Below, piece after piece: positions 62,531-64,000 of a DNA stretch of 64,000 nt (within the stretch, counting starts at the first letter, position 1; every line of letters starts with the position of its first letter). Under the pieces are notes generated by a model. The model saw nothing but the letters and a program-made list of their open reading frames with translations, had not been told where the DNA came from and did no database searches. Where the stretch lies: positions 3,595 through 67,594 of the forward strand of contig CAZREI010000003.1 of assembly GCA_964599285.1 (NCBI GenBank), read 5' to 3'. Origin of the DNA: an uncultured Candidatus Saccharibacteria bacterium (GTDB taxonomy: Bacteria; Patescibacteriota; Minisyncoccia; Minisyncoccales; Staskawiczbacteraceae). The position numbers were made by a program, and so were the translations under genes.

Positions 62531-63594
62531 ATCGTAAAATTTTAACTCTTTTAATAATTCAAAAAGATGGGCAAGTTTTGCTTGGATTAAAAAAGCGCGG
62601 ACTTGGCGTGAGTAAGTGGAACGGCTTTGGTGGAAAAGTCCAAGATGGCGAAAGCATTGAAGATGCTGCAAAAAGGGAATTGTTGGAGGAATCAGGTTTG
62701 GCAGTCCAAGTCATAGAAAAAATGGGGACGCTGGATTTTTGCTGGCAAGGAAAAGAAGAAGATATTTTAGAAGTCAATATTTTCAAAGCAACCGAATTTG
62801 CCGGCCAGTTGCAGGAAACCGAAGAAATGAAACCCCAGTGGTTTTTAATAAAAGATATTCCGTACGAAACCATGTGGTCGGACGATAAATATTGGTTGCC
62901 ATTATTTTTGGAAGGCAAAAAATTCAAAGGAAACTTTATCTTTGACCAGCACAATAATGTGGTAGGTCACGAATTAATGGTTGTTGTGCCAGAAGAATCT
63001 GAAAATCAAAAACGCATCGCCAACTTTCTATACGAACTGGGAACGATGCGAAAACTCATGCGCATTCATCGCCAGACATTGTTGACTGACGACTTGTCTG
63101 ACAGTATTACCTCTCATTCATATCGAGTTGCCATGATTGCTTGGTTTTTGGCAAAGGAAGAAGGAGCCGATCCTTATAAAACCGTTATGATGGGGCTGTT
63201 GCATGATTTGGGAGAAATCCGCAGTAATGACCATAACTGGATCCATAAAAAATACGTGAAAATTTTTAATGATGAAATCAGCCAAGAACAATTGGGATCG
63301 CTGCCGTATCCGGATTTAAAAATCTTGATAGATGAATACGAAAACCGCCAAAGCAAAGAGGCGGTTTTAGTAAAAGAAGCTGACACCTTAGACCAAATTT
63401 TATTGTTGCGGGAATACCAGTGGGCAGGCAACAAAGAAGCCGATGTGTGGTTGCATGGCAAGGGTGGTAACAAAGAAGCTACGCAGTTATCTAAATTAAA
63501 AACCGAAATTGGTCGTAAGCTCGGTCAGGCCATTTACGATGTAAATCCCTCAGACTGGTGGAATAATTTATGGACTCCGCAAAATAGGAAATAA
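62527..63594 (+). CDS. MTH1-like Nudix pyrophosphatase fused to an HD-domain phosphohydrolase
   Basis: The N-terminal LGLKKRGLGVSKWNGFGGKVQDGESIEDAAKRELLEESGL and ..MWSDDKYWLPLFLEGKKFKGNFIF closely follow the MTH1/NUDT1 pattern. The C-terminal HSYRVAMIA..LLHDLGEIRSNDHN..EADTLDQ is an HD (YfbR-like) domain. Confidence 0.8.
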   Translation: MNRKILTLLIIQKDGQVLLGLKKRGLGVSKWNGFGGKVQDGESIEDAAKRELLEESGLAVQVIEKMGTLDFCWQGKEEDILEVNIFKATEFAGQLQETEEMKPQWFLIKDIPYETMWSDDKYWLPLFLEGKKFKGNFIFDQHNNVVGHELMVVVPEESENQKRIANFLYELGTMRKLMRIHRQTLLTDDLSDSITSHSYRVAMIAWFLAKEEGADPYKTVMMGLLHDLGEIRSNDHNWIHKKYVKIFNDEISQEQLGSLPYPDLKILIDEYENRQSKEAVLVKEADTLDQILLLREYQWAGNKEADVWLHGKGGNKEATQLSKLKTEIGRKLGQAIYDVNPSDWWNNLWTPQNRK

Positions 63595-63598
63595 CGTT

Positions 63599-64000
63599 AT
63601 GAAGTTTGCAATCGTTTCCGACACTCACGATAATATGGCTAACTTTAATAAAGTGATTGATTTTTTGAACCAGGAAAAAATTACGCTGATGTTGCATTGC
63701 GGGGATATTTGCAGTCGGGAAACTATCAGTGAGGCAACAAAAAAATTCAATGGCAGAATTTATTTTGTAAGAGGTAACGGGGATTTTGATCTTGATGATG
63801 TTTCGGAAAATCTGGAACTAACATTAGGTACCAAAAAAATATTTTTCAACCACTATCCGGATGTCGCGAAAAAAGCAGCCGAATCGGGCAAATATGATAT
63901 GGTTTTTTACGGCCATACCCACAAACCCTGGGAAGAAACTATCGGCACGTGCCGCCTGGTAAATCCCGGAGAACTAGCCGGCCAGCGCTTCAAGCCGACG
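63599..64000 (+). CDS. YfcE/MJ0936-type metallophosphoesterase (3' end outside window)
   Basis: MKFAIVSDTHDN, LHCGD, VRGNGD and GHTHKP are the calcineurin-like phosphoesterase motifs in the correct order. Confidence 0.8.
   Translation, partial: MKFAIVSDTHDNMANFNKVIDFLNQEKITLMLHCGDICSRETISEATKKFNGRIYFVRGNGDFDLDDVSENLELTLGTKKIFFNHYPDVAKKAAESGKYDMVFYGHTHKPWEETIGTCRLVNPGELAGQRFKPT

Noticed and set aside
1-64000. tRNA, rRNA and tmRNA genes.
   Set aside because: I scanned the intergenic gaps by eye for T-loop (GGTTCGAATCC-like) and acceptor-stem patterns and for rRNA-conserved strings. None was found. A tRNAscan/Infernal run would be needed to be certain.

Overview
This 64-kb window is almost entirely coding on the + strand. 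Only three genes lie on the - strand: 13164..13763, 13860..14246 and 35112..37436. Recognisable housekeeping genes are the rpoC 3' end, ftsK, recA, ybeY, ftsA-ftsZ, comEC, htrA, clpB, murB, hpf and secA. There is an ECF-type sigma factor followed by a DUF5667-like partner and a 1198-aa peptidoglycan-binding surface protein. A roughly 15-kb glycan biosynthesis locus spans 37505..52608. Two toxin-antitoxin pairs are present (MntA/HepT and HigB/HigA-like), and a Nudix/ASCH/HD 'house-cleaning' cluster sits at the 3' end. Gene content and protein style suggest a small-genome uncultivated bacterium of the Patescibacteria/CPR type. That assignment is inference only. I found no rRNA, tRNA or CRISPR array. 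The most unusual content is the non-coding DNA, because nearly every intergenic gap is filled by hairpin-forming repeats of at least four families. (1) A 169-237 bp long-hairpin MITE-like element ('LH') has 6 copies. One copy interrupts an ORF6N gene, and exact removal of that copy restores the reading frame. (2) A short core GTCATTGCGAG..GCAATC ('CAT core') has at least 12 copies, including in-frame copies inside secA and an O-antigen-ligase/TPR gene. (3) Arm-core-arm elements have arms built from short AT-rich words. (4) A 38-bp near-perfect palindrome ('P38') has 4 copies that bracket two single-gene modules. Other points are a one-gene cassette flanked by a duplicated 24-bp gene end, a tail-less FtsZ, an MTH1-like Nudix-HD fusion, a triad-less HtrA paralog and a compact four-way-junction-like GC-rich element at 16646..16778. 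All functional calls rest on motif recognition by eye, and no database search was possible.
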